Assembly: GCA_951406725.2 (NCBI GenBank)
Contig: OX597831.1
Span: forward strand, 48,918,001-48,982,000
DNA from: Octopus vulgaris
Lineage: Eukaryota
Direction of reading: 5' to 3'
Length of the DNA stretch: 64,000 nucleotides
Shown: piece by piece, positions 30,115-45,128 of the stretch
Position numbering within the stretch: position 1 is the first letter of the stretch
Layout of the letters: every line of letters starts with the position of its first letter
Position numbers and translations under genes: made by a program
The notes under the pieces: model-generated
The model's database searches: none
What the model was told of the DNA's origin: nothing
What the model saw: only the letters and a program-made list of their open reading frames with translations

Positions 30115-30672
30115 TGAGTGAGAGAATAATGCATGCCATCAAAGTGACACTGGGGTAAAATATACGAAGCCCAATATACCCATCATGACTACCTATCTAA
30201 TAAGGGTACACCAGGTACATGCATCACAACCATATGTGCATGACATGGTGATTTCATATCAAGATAAACAGCTCATGACCTTGCAGGTGAGACCCAGTTA
30301 GAATTTTCTTCAGATCATGCAGCCAATCCCACTCAAAAGGTAACTGAATAAGGGTCATTTAAGGATGTTGAACAAAATACCCATGTTTCCAAAGGTGAAT
30401 TATCCAAACCTCCAAGAATTCCTTTCAATACACGTCTATAATGATCCCCTACTACTTCTACTCATGATCAGAGATGCACATATCGTCAGCCACTAAGGGA
30501 CATGCTCAACTGGTTAAGGTCAAGCAACTGACAAGCAAATCTGTGGTATTGAGCAGAATATTTACAGTAGCCCATCTTTTATACCAAGACAAAACAATGT
30601 ACATGATAACACTTCCAATCAGTTAAGATCAGAAGCCATGAGAGCCACTGCCTGGTACTGCATCAGGGCAAT
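30115..30672 (-). mobile_element. Non-LTR retroelement fragment flanked by (ATT)n
   Basis: Higher-GC block bounded on both sides by ATT repeats; family not identified. Confidence 0.45.
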
Positions 30673-32956
30673 TTATTATCATTATTATTATTATCACATG
30701 CCTATAATAGAAAGGCGGCAAGCTGGCAGAGTCATTAGCATGCTGTATGAAATGCTTAACGGTATTTCACCCACCACTACGTTCTGAGTTCAAATTCCAC
30801 TGAGGTCAACTTTGCCTTTCATCCCATCGTGGTCAATAAATTAAGTACCAGTGAAATTCTGGGATCAATGTAATCAACTAGTCCCCTCCCCCAAAGCTTC
30901 AGGCCTTGTGCCTATAACAAAAATTATTATTATTATTATTATTATTATTGTTATTATTTTTATTATTATTATTGCTACTGTTGTTATTAACACAGTGAGC
31001 TAGCAGTATAATTAGCCCACGGGACAAAATGCTTAGCAGTATATCATCTATCCTTGCTTTTTGAGTTCAAATTCTGCCAAGGTTGACTTTGCCTTTCATC
31101 CTTTGAGGATCAATAAAATAAGTATGAGTTGAGTAGTGAGGCTAATTTAATCGACTTACTCCTACCCCGAAACTGCCGACCTTGTGCCAAAATTTGAAAC
31201 CAATATTATTATTATCATTATTATTATCATTATTATTATTGTTGTTATTAGTTTATGCTGGCAAAATCATTACTGTATTGGATACAGAGCTTAGTGGAAT
31301 TTTTTCCAGCTTTATGATCTGAGTTCAAATTCTACTGAGGTTGGCTTAGCTTTTTATCTTTTCAGGGTTGATGAAATCGTCTTATCCCCACCCCCAAATT
31401 TGCTGGCCTTGTGCCAAAAATTTGAAACTATTATCCTCATCATCATCATCATCATCATCATCAGAATTATCACAGTACTGAAAACTGAGTTTTGTGTATA
31501 CATACATGCCAGATTCTTGACAATAACATATTATTTATTCTTACCAAAATATTCATTTAACTGCAATCATGCATTGTATGATATATTTTTGCTTTAGTTA
31601 TTTCTGTTCAGAATTAGAATATGTCTTTGCCATTTAAAAAAAAAAAGTATCGAATATATTAACCAAAGAAAATAAATCAAGGAAAAAAACAAATTAAAAA
31701 AAAAAGATGAAAATTTGAATAACATCTGATTAATGCTTGTTGAAATGTTTTTACTTTTTAAGGAGGAAGGTCTTATTAATTGTTTTTAAGATTGGTTTCT
31801 TCCAACAGCTGGTTATTTCCTCAAATATTTAAACAAACCATCTTAGATGTTTTTAACCGAAAATAACTCAGCTAAATATATTGAAACTGTTAGATTAAAT
31901 TGAAGAACTAATAGCGAACTGATATCTTATTAGTGTTTAAATCTTTACAACATGTCAAGAAATGTAAATAGAAACAAGATTATATTCTACATGCAGACTT
32001 ATGCGGTGAATTGGAAGAGGTGTTAGAGTATTGGACAGATTGTCTTATGGTGCTTGGTCTGTCTCTAACTGAGTTCAAATTCCACTGAAGTCAACTTGGC
32101 TTTTCAGTTATTTTAAGGTCAATGAAAAAAAAAAGTACCAATCCAATCTGATTGGGGTTGGATTGGCGAAACAGCTAGAGTGTAAGATGGGATGATTAGC
32201 AGTATGTGTTCCAGTCCTTTGTGTTCTGATAGCAATGCTTGTGATGGCACGGGTAATGAGCTTTATTTGCCCCAAGGTGGCAGTATTTCTCCTGGGCAAT
32301 ATTAATAACATAACATTGCATGCTTGGGAAATTACCAGTTTTCTCCATTAAAAAATTCTTTATCCAGATATATGTGCAGATATTTAGTCATCTCTGATTA
32401 ATAGTAGCCCTGGAAGAAGTTAGACAGTACAAAACTAACCAATGAGAATAACTCTATGAGGTCATTTGACGTGTAAAAAATTAAATTTCATGCAAATTAC
32501 ATATTGTTATGTTAAGCAATAAGAGACACTGGATAATGCAGTCATAGATGCATTATGCCGAGGATAAAAATATCAAATGATCATAGCTTAAAAGTCTTTG
32601 ACCATGATTGCTTATGTTTCATCAAGTTTAACCAGAACTAAACAACAATAACCAAGTACAGGTAACTTATAACAGGTGCTTACTGCAAGTAAGATCTAGC
32701 ATTGCTTAGATTTCTAGATTAGTCTATTAATTGGTTGCCCGAAGGATGTAGTTTACTGGATGGGTCTATTAATTGGTTGATTGGTAAAGCGGAGTATTCT
32801 GCCAGCTTAGTCTATAACTTGCTTGGGTGGTGAAAGTTTGCTCTGCTGTACTTTAATTTCAGAGAACAGAGTAACATTAGAGGTGTTATTATTCAGCATA
32901 TGCACATACCTACTTCTCTATCTCTTTCTGATATATATATATATACATATATATAT

Positions 32957-32987
<31 letters not shown>

Positions 32988-32993
32988 CATACA

Positions 32994-33027
<34 letters not shown>

Positions 33028-33102
33028 CTTACATACAGATATATATATATACACATACACACACTTCCTTTCTTTTAATTCTCTGTACATCATTTTGTGT
33101 AC

Positions 33103-33133
<31 letters not shown>

Positions 33134-33139
33134 TGTATA

Positions 33140-33345
33140 TATAGTTAATCCAAACATGAAAACACAAAGAGAAAACACAACATCGTGAGGATGTGGAACA
33201 AGTATAGTGTTATTGGACGCTCAGGAAAGGAAAGAATGGAGGATTTAACATTTCATGCGGAGCTCTTCATCAGAAACATAGAGAAAGGAAAGATCCAAGG
33301 AAGGGAAGACGGAGGAAAAAAATTGCCAACGATACACACGCAAAA
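33140..33345 (-). mobile_element. Penelope-like terminal-repeat fragment with decayed hammerhead
   Basis: Shares tagttaatccaaacatgaaaacacaaagag...tattggacgctcaggaa with 23430-23520; minus strand TTTCTGATGAAGAGCTCCGCATGAAATGTTAAA. Confidence 0.6.
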
Positions 33346-34390
33346 CGTATCTATATATGACAAGCTTTCAGTTTAACTCAATCATATCCACTCAGAAGGT
33401 TTTGGTTGGTTTGAGGCTAGAGTAAAAGATACTTGCTTAAGGTGCCATGTAATTGAACTGAACCTGATACAATGTGATTTGGAATTGAACTTCTCAACTT
33501 CTTACCCCACATTGCATGCATTTATCATCATCATTTCATCCTCATTTAACATCTGTTTTCCATGCTGGCATGAGTTGGTTGGTTTGACAAGAGTTGGAAA
33601 GCCAGAAGATTGCACCAGGTTTCACTGTCTGTTTTGGCATGGTTTATACAGCTGGATGGACCTTCCTAATGTCAACCACTTTACAAAATAGACTGAGTGC
33701 TTTTTATGAGGTACCAGCAACAAAGAAGCCAGATGTGGCATGGTTTTTACAGTTGGCTTCCCTTATATATATATATATAAATATATATATATTGGGACCG
33801 ATACGATAATAACGGAATTTTTTTTAGAAATTTCTGTTGGCCTACTTCGAGATGCGTGCTTATAGTGATAAATTATATGGTTATTGACGATTTGTCTATT
33901 TTCAGCATATTTGGCATTAGAATTTTTTCTTTTGCCCTTGTTTATAAGTTGTATATATATATATCAACACTCTAAAACACAAACAGGCAAATTGATTCAA
34001 GTGGGATTAGAACTAGGAGCACTGACAGCCAGTAAACAACACTACCAATTCATCATATGCATAAGTATTGTGTATGCATGTGTGTGCACGCACACACATG
34101 CACATGTATAGAGAGAGAAAGGGAGAGAGAGATAGAAAGACAGAACATACATGTGCATATATGTGCATGTATGGATGTATATATGTGTGTATGCATGTAT
34201 ATATGTGTGTATATATGTATAAGAATATATATATATATATATATATTATATATGTATATGTGTTTGTATGCATGTATACCTACCTCCCTTCTCTTTCACA
34301 ACAGCTAGATATTAAGACCATAACAGATGCAAAATCAATGGTAACTTTCTAACCAGATGCAACCAATAACTACATTAAATATAAACATAC

Positions 34391-34453
<63 letters not shown>

Positions 34454-34568
34454 CGAAGCCCTTACAAGAATACATATAGCATTCATATATATGTAATGAG
34501 AAAGAGGTTTGCCTTTTCACATATGTGTACAGACATATACAGACACACACATGCTCATACCAATATAT

Positions 34569-34602
<34 letters not shown>

Positions 34603-35325
34603 GCAAACAGATGTGCATGCACACCCACTCTACATTTAAATGGACGAAATAGAAGCTTGCCTCTATTTTATCCACTGCCCATTAACCAATCTTTGGCTAA
34701 TTAAAATGGGAAATTAATTTAGCTTTCACTTCTATTATAACATTGAAATCATTGTAGGTCTTGCATCAAGTTAATTATATTATATATACGGAAAGTTAAT
34801 AATTACGTAGAATGTCACTAATTATACGTATAAAAGTTTACTATATCAATTTGAAAATTAATATAAAAATGTTACTAATTATGAAGTAAAATGTGAGAAA
34901 CATAATCCTGATGAAATAGAACAGTGACAAATTGTTTTGGCTGTTTCTTTAATGTGGCTTTAATTATATTAGAAACGCATCTAATTGGAAAAGTGAGACT
35001 AATTATATAAAATTAATTAACTTATATTTTTTCTTTGAATTATTCTTATTAATTTTTATTTTAGATCTGTTTTATTTTAAAATATTTTGCATTTTTGCGC
35101 GGGTTTTTGTTTTTTTAGTGAGATCAGCTTTTTCCTGAAAGCCCTCAGAAAGAAAGTGTTGTTTAATAATTACAGTAAAAAGAAAACAATTAAATGCGGA
35201 CAATAGGTAGAAGACATGTTGTTTGAGAGGGCTGGCTACATGGCAGAATATTGCAATTGTTATAATGAAAATATTATATATATATATATATATATAATAT
35301 ATAGATGTATACATATATATGCATG

Positions 35326-35368
<43 letters not shown>

Positions 35369-35479
35369 ATCAAAGAATGAGTAATATGTATCTATATATA
35401 TATGTATATATACATATATATACAAGTTATGTACAGATATATACACTATTACATGTACATTACACATAAACATTATATC

Positions 35480-35578
35480 ATTATATATATATATATATAT
35501 ATGTTACATATACACACATAAATGCATTATATATATAAATGTATATATACATATATATAAATATACATGCATATATAT

Positions 35579-35610
<32 letters not shown>

Positions 35611-35879
35611 AAATATACATACATATATATATATAAATATATGTATATAAATATATATATATATAAATATACATACATATATATATATAAATATATGTAT
35701 ATAAAATATATATATATATACATATATATATAAATATATGTATATAAATATATATATATACATAAATATATGTATATAAATATATATACACATATATATA
35801 TAAATATATATACACATATTCATATATATATATATATACATGTACATATATACATATATAAATATAAATATATATACAC

Positions 35880-35914
<35 letters not shown>

Positions 35915-36090
35915 CATACATATATACATATAAATATACATACATATATATATATCAAGATATGTATATGAATATATATATACATATATATATATATAAA
36001 TATATATATAAATATATATACATATATATATATATACATAAATATATATACATATATATACATATATGTATATATATGTATACATACTTA
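35480..36090. repeat. Degenerate (TA)n/(TATAAA)/(TACA) low-complexity block
   Basis: Direct inspection. Confidence 0.95.
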
Positions 36091-36234
36091 CAAATGCAAA
36101 CATCTTCACACACAGACACACATACACATATATTGATTTTGACTTTTTATTGCAAAATGTGAGGCTATATCATTTGCTTGATTTATTTTGAACTTATAAT
36201 AGGACTTTTGAAATTATGTTTAAAAGAATATTAA

Positions 36235-36279
<45 letters not shown>

Positions 36280-36477
36280 TGGGTTGGTTGGTTGGATGGT
36301 TGTTGTGTGTGCGTGTGTGTGCACAGATATATATATGTACACACACACACATACACATATATATATATACATACATATATATATATATATATGTATACAT
36401 ATATATTTCTGTATATATATAATATATATATTATATATATATACATATATATATGTATGTACATACAAACATACATG

Positions 36478-36601
<124 letters not shown>

Positions 36602-36665
36602 TATGTGAGGAGCCTGTGAAACTTGAAGATGGAACGAAATCAAACTGTTTTAAATAATAAATGTG

Positions 36666-36729
<64 letters not shown>

Positions 36730-37263
36730 TATTGCAAGTATTTCTGTATATCCAAAGCTTGCCTTGTGGGGGTTTTGTGTCATACTGTGATTATATTTCG
36801 GTTCATTTTTGTTTGTTTGTTTTATTGGGTCTTTTTTTATTGAATCTATATTTTCATTTTCATTTTCTATTTCTTCTTTTCATTCTTGTTTTGTATTTTT
36901 TGAGGCTTTCTGAGTATAAAAGTTGTATTTAATGTACTTTTGTCACTGTCAAATAATAAATTCATATTACGAATATAACCAACCTAAATACTGTGTTCAG
37001 TTGTTGTTTTTTTTTCTTTTTTATTATCTTCTATATTTTTTTCTTTTATTTGTTTCAGTCATTAGACTGTGGCAATGCTGGAGCACCACCCTGCAGAATA
37101 TTTAGTCGAATTAATTGTACCCAGTATTTATTATATTTTTGTAAAGCCTTGTGCTCATTTTATCAGTCCCTTTTACTGAACCACTAAGCTACAGGGATGT
37201 AAACACACCAACACTGGTTGTCAAGCAGTGGTGGGGACAAACACACACACACACATAGATATA

Positions 37264-37295
<32 letters not shown>

Positions 37296-37340
37296 TATAT
37301 GTATGTATGTATATATATATATATATATATAAAATAAAAA

Positions 37341-37571
37341 AGGCGGCGAGCTGGCAGAAACGTTAGCGCGCTGGGTGAAATGCTTAGCGGTAGTTCGTCT
37401 GACGTTACGTTCTGAGTTCAAATTCTGCCGAGGTAGACTTTGCCTTTCATCCTTTCGGGGTCGATAAATAAAGTACCAGTTTCGCACTGGGGTCGATGTA
37501 ATCAACTTAATCCATTTTTTGTCTGTCCTTGTTTGTCCCCTCTATATGTATTTCCCCCTTGTGGGTAGTAG

Positions 37572-37572
<1 letters not shown>
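37341..37572 (+). mobile_element. SINE family A, full length
   Basis: GGCGGCGAGCTGGCAGAAACGTTAGC...GAGTTCAAATTC...GCCTTTCATCCTTTCGGGGTCGATAAA. Confidence 0.88.
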
Positions 37573-37654
<82 letters not shown>

Positions 37655-37798
37655 TATATATGTATATATACATGCATACATACATACAGACATACATACA
37701 TACAGACATACATTACATGGAAAAATGTGAGCATGAAAAGTAATATTCTTAAGATTATAAACCTGGAAAAGTACAGGACAAGTTATTACACCTGTAAA

Positions 37799-38472
37799 AG
37801 TATAGGACAAGCTATTACTTCTAGTGTGCAGGCGCAATGGCCCAGTGGTTAAGGTAGCGGACTCGCAGTCGGAGGATCGCAGTTTCGATACCCAGACCAG
37901 GCGTTGTGTGTGTTTATTGAGCGAAAACACCTAAAGCTCCATGAGGCTCCAGCAGGAGGTGGTGGTGACCCCTGTTGTACTCTTTCACCCCAACTTTCTC
38001 TCACTCTTTCTTCCTGTTTCTTGAGTAACACTGCAATGGACTGGCGTCCCGTCCAGCTGTGGGGGGCACATAAGTCACAGAAACTGGGAAACCAGGCTCA
38101 TGATCCTGGCTAGGCTTGAAAAGGGTGCATAAAAATAAAAGATTGCTTCTAGTAAAGTAAAGAATAAGAAACTTTTTGCTTAAAATATTGCAGCAAAGAA
38201 TGCCAGTTCTTCTAATTTATCACTCTTTACAGTTCTCGTGTTTTAAATTTATTGTACAAAACTGTTCAGCTAATTTGTAAGTTAGTCTAATTAGTCACTT
38301 TTTTCTGTATTTAAGGTAGTAAATTAGCCAAATTCTACTTAAATAAGTATAGTGTTATTTGTAAACTATAATAAAATAAGTTTTAATATTCAAATTTTAA
38401 TTTAAGCTGCAATATTTTAAGTAAAAAGTTTCTTATTCTTTACTTTACTAAAAGTAATAGCTTGTCCATACT
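37799..38472. mobile_element. Long-TIR MITE whose left TIR is split by a tRNA-SINE
   Basis: ggacaagctattacttctagt|...|aaagtaaagaataagaaactttttgcttaaaatattgcagc is inverted at 38406-38472. Confidence 0.7.
37826..38141 (+). mobile_element. tRNA-derived SINE (family D)
   Basis: A box TGGCCCAGTGG, B box GTTTCGATACC, A-rich tail, TSD ATT(A/G)CTTCTAGT; sibling on the - strand at 41928-42312 (TSD TGAACACTAGAT). Confidence 0.85.
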
Positions 38473-39419
38473 CTGTAACTTCTGACGAAATAACTTCTAA
38501 AATACAAAATTTTGTCAAAAACGTTAAAAGTAAACTCTGTTCTATGTGACACATTCTACCAGTATCGGAAGTTTGAAAGTGCTTAGTTAAAAAAAAATTA
38601 ATTAAGTAATCTGCATGTCTAATTGAAAAGATCCAAAATGGATGAAAGGCAAAGTCGACCTAGGCAGAATTTGAACTCAGAACGTAAAGACAGACAAAAT
38701 ACCGCTTCTAAAATATAAAATTTTGTCAAAAACATAAAGAGTAAACCATGTTTTATGTGATACAGTCTACCAGTATCAGAAGTTGAATGTGTTTAGTTAA
38801 AAAAAATTAGTTAAATAATCTGTACATCAAAGTCTACCTGGGCGAAACTTGAACTCAAAACACAAAGAAAGCAGGAATACCACTAAGCATTTTGCCTGGC
38901 AAGCTAACGTTTCTGCCAGCTCACCACCTTAGAATGTAAGCATTCAATTTAGAAATATATTCTTTATTCTTATTGCTTAAGCGTTACTCCCTTACTTCTT
39001 CACTTACTGACATTAAATTTCATAACACTTTACTTCATAACTGTTTTTCTGCTAATTTTTGTTCAATGCGACTAACGATTCTGAATTCCTCATGCATTTT
39101 TCTATCATTTAAGCCTAAGAAAAGTATACTTTTAATTTAAAATTAAAGAGTTTATGTTAATTGAAGATGAATATCTGCCTTACTGGCCCCCTTCAGGTCA
39201 CAGATATTTTGATGTAAGTTTTTACTACTGAACCAAATCTCAAGCTATTTATGCCAAAGGATAACTGAGGAGGTGTCCTCTTTATAACCATTAACAGTTT
39301 GCAGTTTAGTTGAGAACTGAATTAGTGGTGAAACTTGGAAGCTGCTGCGATTGACGAAATGGTGGACTTCAGAATATATTCAACCACTACCGTGGTTGAA
39401 TGATATATATAGATATATA

Positions 39420-40200
39420 TCATCATCATCATCATCGTTTAACGTCCACTTTCCATGCTGGTACAAGTTGGACGGTTTGACTGAGGGCTGGCAAGCCAGA
39501 AGGCTGCACCAGTCTCCAATCTGATCTGGCAAAGTTTCTACAGCTGGATGCCCTTCCTAATGCCAACCACTCCTAGAGTGTAGCGGGTGCTTTTACGTGC
39601 CACCGGCATGAGGGCCAGTTTAGCGGTACTGGCAGCTGCCATACCCAAATGGTGCTTTTTACATGCCACCTGCACAGGAGCCAGTCCAGTGGCACTGGCA
39701 ACGACCATGCTCGAATGGTGCTTTTTTACATGTCACTGGCACAGGAGTCAATCAGTGGCCCTGGCAACAATCATACTCGAATGGGCTGTTAGCCTCCCAT
39801 TGGCACAGGTGCCAATCAGGCAGAACTTTCATCAGCCACAACAGCGATTTCACTAGCCTCAAAACGTCTCTGCATGCATAGTTTATTGTCCAATGATTGA
39901 AGGGTACTCTTAAATGGACTGGTTATACAGCACTGGCATAGGCTACGGTTATGGTCTTACTTGGCTTGCTGAGTCTTCTCAAGTACATCATATCTCCAAA
40001 CGTCTCAGTCACTTGTCATTGCCTCATGCTTCACCACCTCATCCCAGGTCTTCCTGGGTCTGCTCCTTCTGCAGGTTCCCTCAACTGCTAGGGTGTGACA
40101 CTTTTTCATACAGTTGTCCTCATCCATTCGCAACACATGACCATAGCAGCACAGTTGTCTCTCTTGCACACCACATCTGATGCTTCTTAAGTCCAACTTA
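39420..40200 (-). mobile_element. RTE-clade LINE 3' end with (GAT)n tail
   Basis: KLDLRSIRCGVQERQLCCYGHVLRMDEDNCMKKC...EGTCRRSRPRKTWDEVVK; 3' UTR has ~55-bp internal repeats; 3' UTR siblings at 23530-23765 and 33525-33720. Confidence 0.85.
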
Positions 40201-40215
40201 TATATATACATATAT

Positions 40216-40261
<46 letters not shown>

Positions 40262-40262
<1 letters not shown>

Positions 40263-40629
40263 TAGCAGTATCGCCCGGCATTGCTCGGGTTTGTAAGGGA
40301 AATAACTATATAAGCATTTTTAGAGAGTTATAGCCAAAAAATAGCAAAAAAATGCATTAAAAATGGGAAAAAAATGATGGTAGACATTTTTAGAGAGTTA
40401 CTTCCCTTATATAATAGCGAAAAAATGCATTAAAATGGAAAAAAATGAGGGTAAATTTTTTTTTAAATTGTAGACTCATCGTAGATGCGCGCTAATACCC
40501 AGAAGGGCTCGATATGAATCACGACTATAAGATACCCAGTTTTGGTTAAACTGCACCGCAAAATGTGGGAGTAGTTAGGAATCTAAATCGTAGGAGACAG
40601 ACACACAACCTCTCTTTTATATATAAAGA
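40262..40629 (-). mobile_element. Non-autonomous Helitron
   Basis: Minus strand 5' TCTTTATATATAAAAG, 3' hairpin CCCGAGCAATGCCGGG plus CGATACTGCTAG; inserted between A and T inside a (TA)n tract, no TSD. Confidence 0.88.
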
Positions 40630-42569
40630 TATATATATATATATATATAGTGAAGGCGCATGGCTCAGTTGTTAGAGAATCAAGCTTACGATCGTGAAGT
40701 TGTGAGTTCGATTCCCGAGCCAGGATGCATGTTGTGTTCTTGAGCAAAACACTGTATTTCACGTTGCTCCAGTTTACTCAGCTGTAAAAATGAGTTGTGA
40801 TGTGACTGGTGCCAAACTGTATCAGTTTCTGCCTTTCTCTTGGATAACATCGGTGGCATAGAGAGGGGAGGCTGATGTGCATGGACTACTGCTGGTCTTC
40901 CAAAAATCAACCGTAGGTTATGTGTTTGCCGGTAAGGCAACTTTCCACCCAGACTTGTACCCCAGAAGGGAACCTCTTAGGTGCACCAACAATCATTCGT
41001 GACTGACAGAGTCAAGTGTATATATATATATATACACACACATACACAATCAAAGGTGCAAAAACAATTTACTCTGAAGGAATTTAAAGGTAATGTAATC
41101 CAAGGGTAGAGTAAGAAATCCATGAATCAGATACTCCAAACCAGTCAGTAGGACATGGATAGTCCATGTGACCATGCAGTAAAAAGTCAATTCAAATATA
41201 TGAATAAAATTAACAAGCAACAAGAGGACACGCACAAGGAATGTATTAGCTTAACACTTAGTGAAAAGACAGGGTTTGACGTTTCGAGCACAGCTCTTCA
41301 TTAGAAAGGAGAAAGGGAGAATTCCAAAGAAGGAAAAGAAATCATCAACAGCATGTATGTAGTTACATTGTGTAGTTATATATACAACAGGTTTCTTGCA
41401 GTTTCCGTGCACCAAATCCACTCACAAAGCTTTGGTCGGCCCAAGGCTATAGCAGAAGATGTCTAAGGTGCCACAGAGTGGGACTGAATCTAGAACCATG
41501 TGGTTGGGAAGCAAACTTCTTACCACACAACCATGGCTGTACCTATATATTTGTTGGGGTTTTTTTTTTGTTTATTGTCAGAGAATTTTTATTGTTGTTG
41601 TTGCAGCAGAATATTCTATTTCAGATATAAGACAATTTATTCAGTTGTGGTATAATCTCAACCAATGATTCCAAAGCAGACAAATGCCATTCCTCAATCC
41701 CACCTACTGACCAATACAATTCCACACCATCGACCACCTATCCCTGATTATCATATTTTCTGGCATGGAAGGGAAATTCTTCAGACTGAAATTTATTACC
41801 AAAAAAGGATGGTTGACTTATACACCAAGATAATTTTGGAAGATCAAAAATTCCATGTAAAATACAGCAGGATTTGGAAAGACATCATCAAAGTTTGAAT
41901 GTTTACATTTCATGTTGAACACTAGATCATTGTGGCACTCCATCGGTTATGACGGCGAGGATTCCAGTTGATCTGATCAACAGAACAGCCTGCTCATGAA
42001 ATTAACGTGCAAGTGGCTGAGAACTCCACAGACACATGTACCCTTAATGTAGTTCTCAGGGAGAATCAGCATGACATAGAGTGTGACAATGCTGGCCCTT
42101 TGAAATACAGGTACAACAGAAACATGAAGAAAGAGTGAGAGAAAGTTGTGGGGAAAGAGTACAGCAGGGTTCGCCACTACCCCCTGCCAGAGCCTCGTGG
42201 AGCTCTAGGTATTTTTGCTCAATAAACACTCACAACACCCAGCCTGGAAATTGAAACCGCGATCCTATAACCACAAGTCCGCTGCTCTAACCACTGGGCC
42301 ATTGCTCCTCCATGAACACTAGATACTACATCAACCCGTATCTTTTATCTGTTACTCGTTCCAGTCATTTGACTATAGTCATGCTGGGGCATCATCTTGA
42401 AGGGATTTTTAGTCAAACAAATTGACCCCAGGACTTTATTTTTTCCTTAAATCCTAGAACTTATTCTATCAGTCTCTTTTGCCAAACTGCTAAGTTACAG
42501 GGATGTAAACACACCAACACCAATCGTCAAGCAGTGATGGGGGACAAACATACACACAAAGACACATGC

Positions 42570-42602
<33 letters not shown>

Positions 42603-44647
42603 TGTATGTATGTATGTATGTATGTATGTATGCATGCACAACGGGCTTCTTTCAGTTTCTGTCTACCAAATCCACTCACAATGTTTTGATCAGTCTGAGG
42701 CTATAGTAAAAGACATTTGTTCAAGGTGCCACACAGTAGGACTGAACCTGGAACCATGTGGTTAGTAAGCAGACTTCTTCTTACCACACAGCTATGCCTG
42801 CAAAATACAATAACCTTTTGAACTGCTAAGTACACCTTAGCAGGGCAAGATTTTGCTCGCAGCCTGGAAGATGCAAAAAATAGACAGGTAGACAGTGTTT
42901 CACATGGAAATGGTGGACCCATACCAAACCTTGAGGTGGGGAATCTGTGAGGATTGTGAAGAGGAAGATATATAACTATATTTAACAAAATGGTGATGGT
43001 TTCCAATTTTCTCAACTTGTCTCAGAACATAGCACAAATGACGACTCGTTTCAATAAAACAGCTAAATTCATGTGCATATCTTTTTGAATGTCCCTTATT
43101 ATTATTCATATTTTGCATGTACTTTTTTTTTGTTCACTTTGAAAATGTTTGTATTGTTGCATACACATATGTATGCACCTTTCCTCACAGCCTGGTCTTG
43201 TGCATACATCTGCACACATGGTTCATACACACACAAATGCTATCTCTGTCACATTCATGCACCACACATGCCTTTCTCGCTTGTTTTCCATGCTCAATGC
43301 GCCCTTGTAGACACAACTCATCTCTGTAAGACCCTAAGTCGGTCATGCATACATAGAGAAAGTTGTTTGTCCCTTACAATGCGCCAGCATGCCACACTTT
43401 TGTTCCTGCACGATCAAGGCATATAATACCTCATGCACCAGCCTTACTGCATTAATCACTGGCATATCCAATACTGTACACTGCATTTGTAATCAATACA
43501 CTAGCATTAACCTCAGCCTTGCAAGCCCTATTGCACACATGCACATGCATCTCTATTATGCATCTACCGCCTTCTTTTACAACACGTCTGCGTCAGCTCA
43601 ATTCTTCTCCCGACTCGAAGCACATCGGATGATCACATCCTCTACGCTCATTTTTAGACATAATGCTCAGTAGTATTTCACCCGGCTGCTTACGTTCAAA
43701 TACCGCCAAGGAGGACTTTGCCTTTCATCCATTCTAGGTCGATAAAACAAGTATCAGTCAAGTGTCGGGGTGGATGTAATCAACTTCCCTGCAATCAAAA
43801 TTGCTGGCCTTGTGCGAAAGTTAGAAAGAATCATTTTATATTACGGAAAAATCTTCCGTCACCACCATACAAAAAAAAAAGCCAAATTACTAGTGACGTC
43901 CCTTACATTGAAATTGTGTCTTTAGTTGAGTTACCTCCCTTAAAAACACGTCACCCTGAGATGCTCTTGAAATTAAAAATAGAATATTACGCAATCCACA
44001 TAGGAAGTCATAAAAAAGAAAACAACTATATTTTGAAGTTAAAAATTTAGAAAACAATATATAGTAAACTAATTCACATTTTATTTTATTCATCTTACTT
44101 GTAAATACTAGAGTAAACTACCTTTACCAGTAGCCAGCTATCAGAGATCTGCATCCTTCAGAAATTCTATGCTTCCTGAAATTCACCAAAACTACACCCA
44201 GCATGCCAAAGCACTCTTTTTAATATTATTGCTGGCTGAATCATTAGCGTGCTGGATGAAATGCCTGGCAGTATTTTGCCCGTTGCTATGATCTGAGTTC
44301 AAATTCCACCAAGGTCGACTTTGCTTTTCATCCTTTCAGGGTCGATGAATTAAGTACCAGTGAAAAGACTGGGGTCAATGTAATCAACTTAACATCTCCT
44401 CCAAAAATGGCTGCCCTTGTGGCAAAAATTTGAAACCATTATCACTAATATTATCATTATATGTTTGGCTTTTACATTGTATTTTGTACAAGGTGACTCC
44501 AAGTCTCACCCAGTGACCTCAAGAGACAAGTTTAGTAGTTCAACCTGGTGTTATGACTAAGGTGGCATATATTTGGTTTTGCACAGAGTATTGTTCTAGA
44601 GAGTGTCTGTCAAAACATAAGTAAATTAGAAGTTTGTTTTATTATTA

Positions 44648-44696
<49 letters not shown>

Positions 44697-44697
<1 letters not shown>

Positions 44698-45128
44698 ACA
44701 CTAACCCTAACCCAAAATTTTAGCCTTTCGTTTTATTTTTCTTAATTGTTACGCGTGTGTCTAAAATTATTTGTTTTGTTTTTGTTTTGAGTTTTTGCTT
44801 TCGTTTTTTTCTTTCTTAATTGTTAAATTAATTTAAGGATAACAATTAAGAAAAAAAAAAAAACGAAAGGCTAAAATTTAGGGTTAGGGTTAGTGACAGG
44901 ATGTTGTCTCAGTTTTAGACGCAGCAAATGATTTTAGCTCAATAGAGGCCATCGATTGGTTAAAATTCGAAAAATTAAACTACGTTAAACTTACAAATTA
45001 CAATTTTCTCAAGAAAGCCAAGAGAAAAAAATGTTTTATTTTCACACATTCTACCAGTATATAAAGTTTAAAAGTGTTTAGTTAACTAGAAATTGTGTTG
45101 AAAACTGCCGTTCAAAAGGAAAAGATCC
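44697..45128. mobile_element. Partial MITE of the GGATCTTTT-TIR family with an internal TTAGGG-containing inverted repeat
   Basis: Ends cacattctaccagtat...aaaagatcc like 47779-48192; arms 44697-44751 / 44840-44896. Confidence 0.7.

Noticed and set aside
37829-37905. Apparent tRNA genes (also 3648, 40652, 42240)
   Set aside because: A and B boxes are present but there is no full cloverleaf, and they continue into SINE bodies, with TSDs in some copies.
44700-44896. True telomere or chromosome-fusion relic
   Set aside because: Only 2-3 repeats, embedded in a MITE family.
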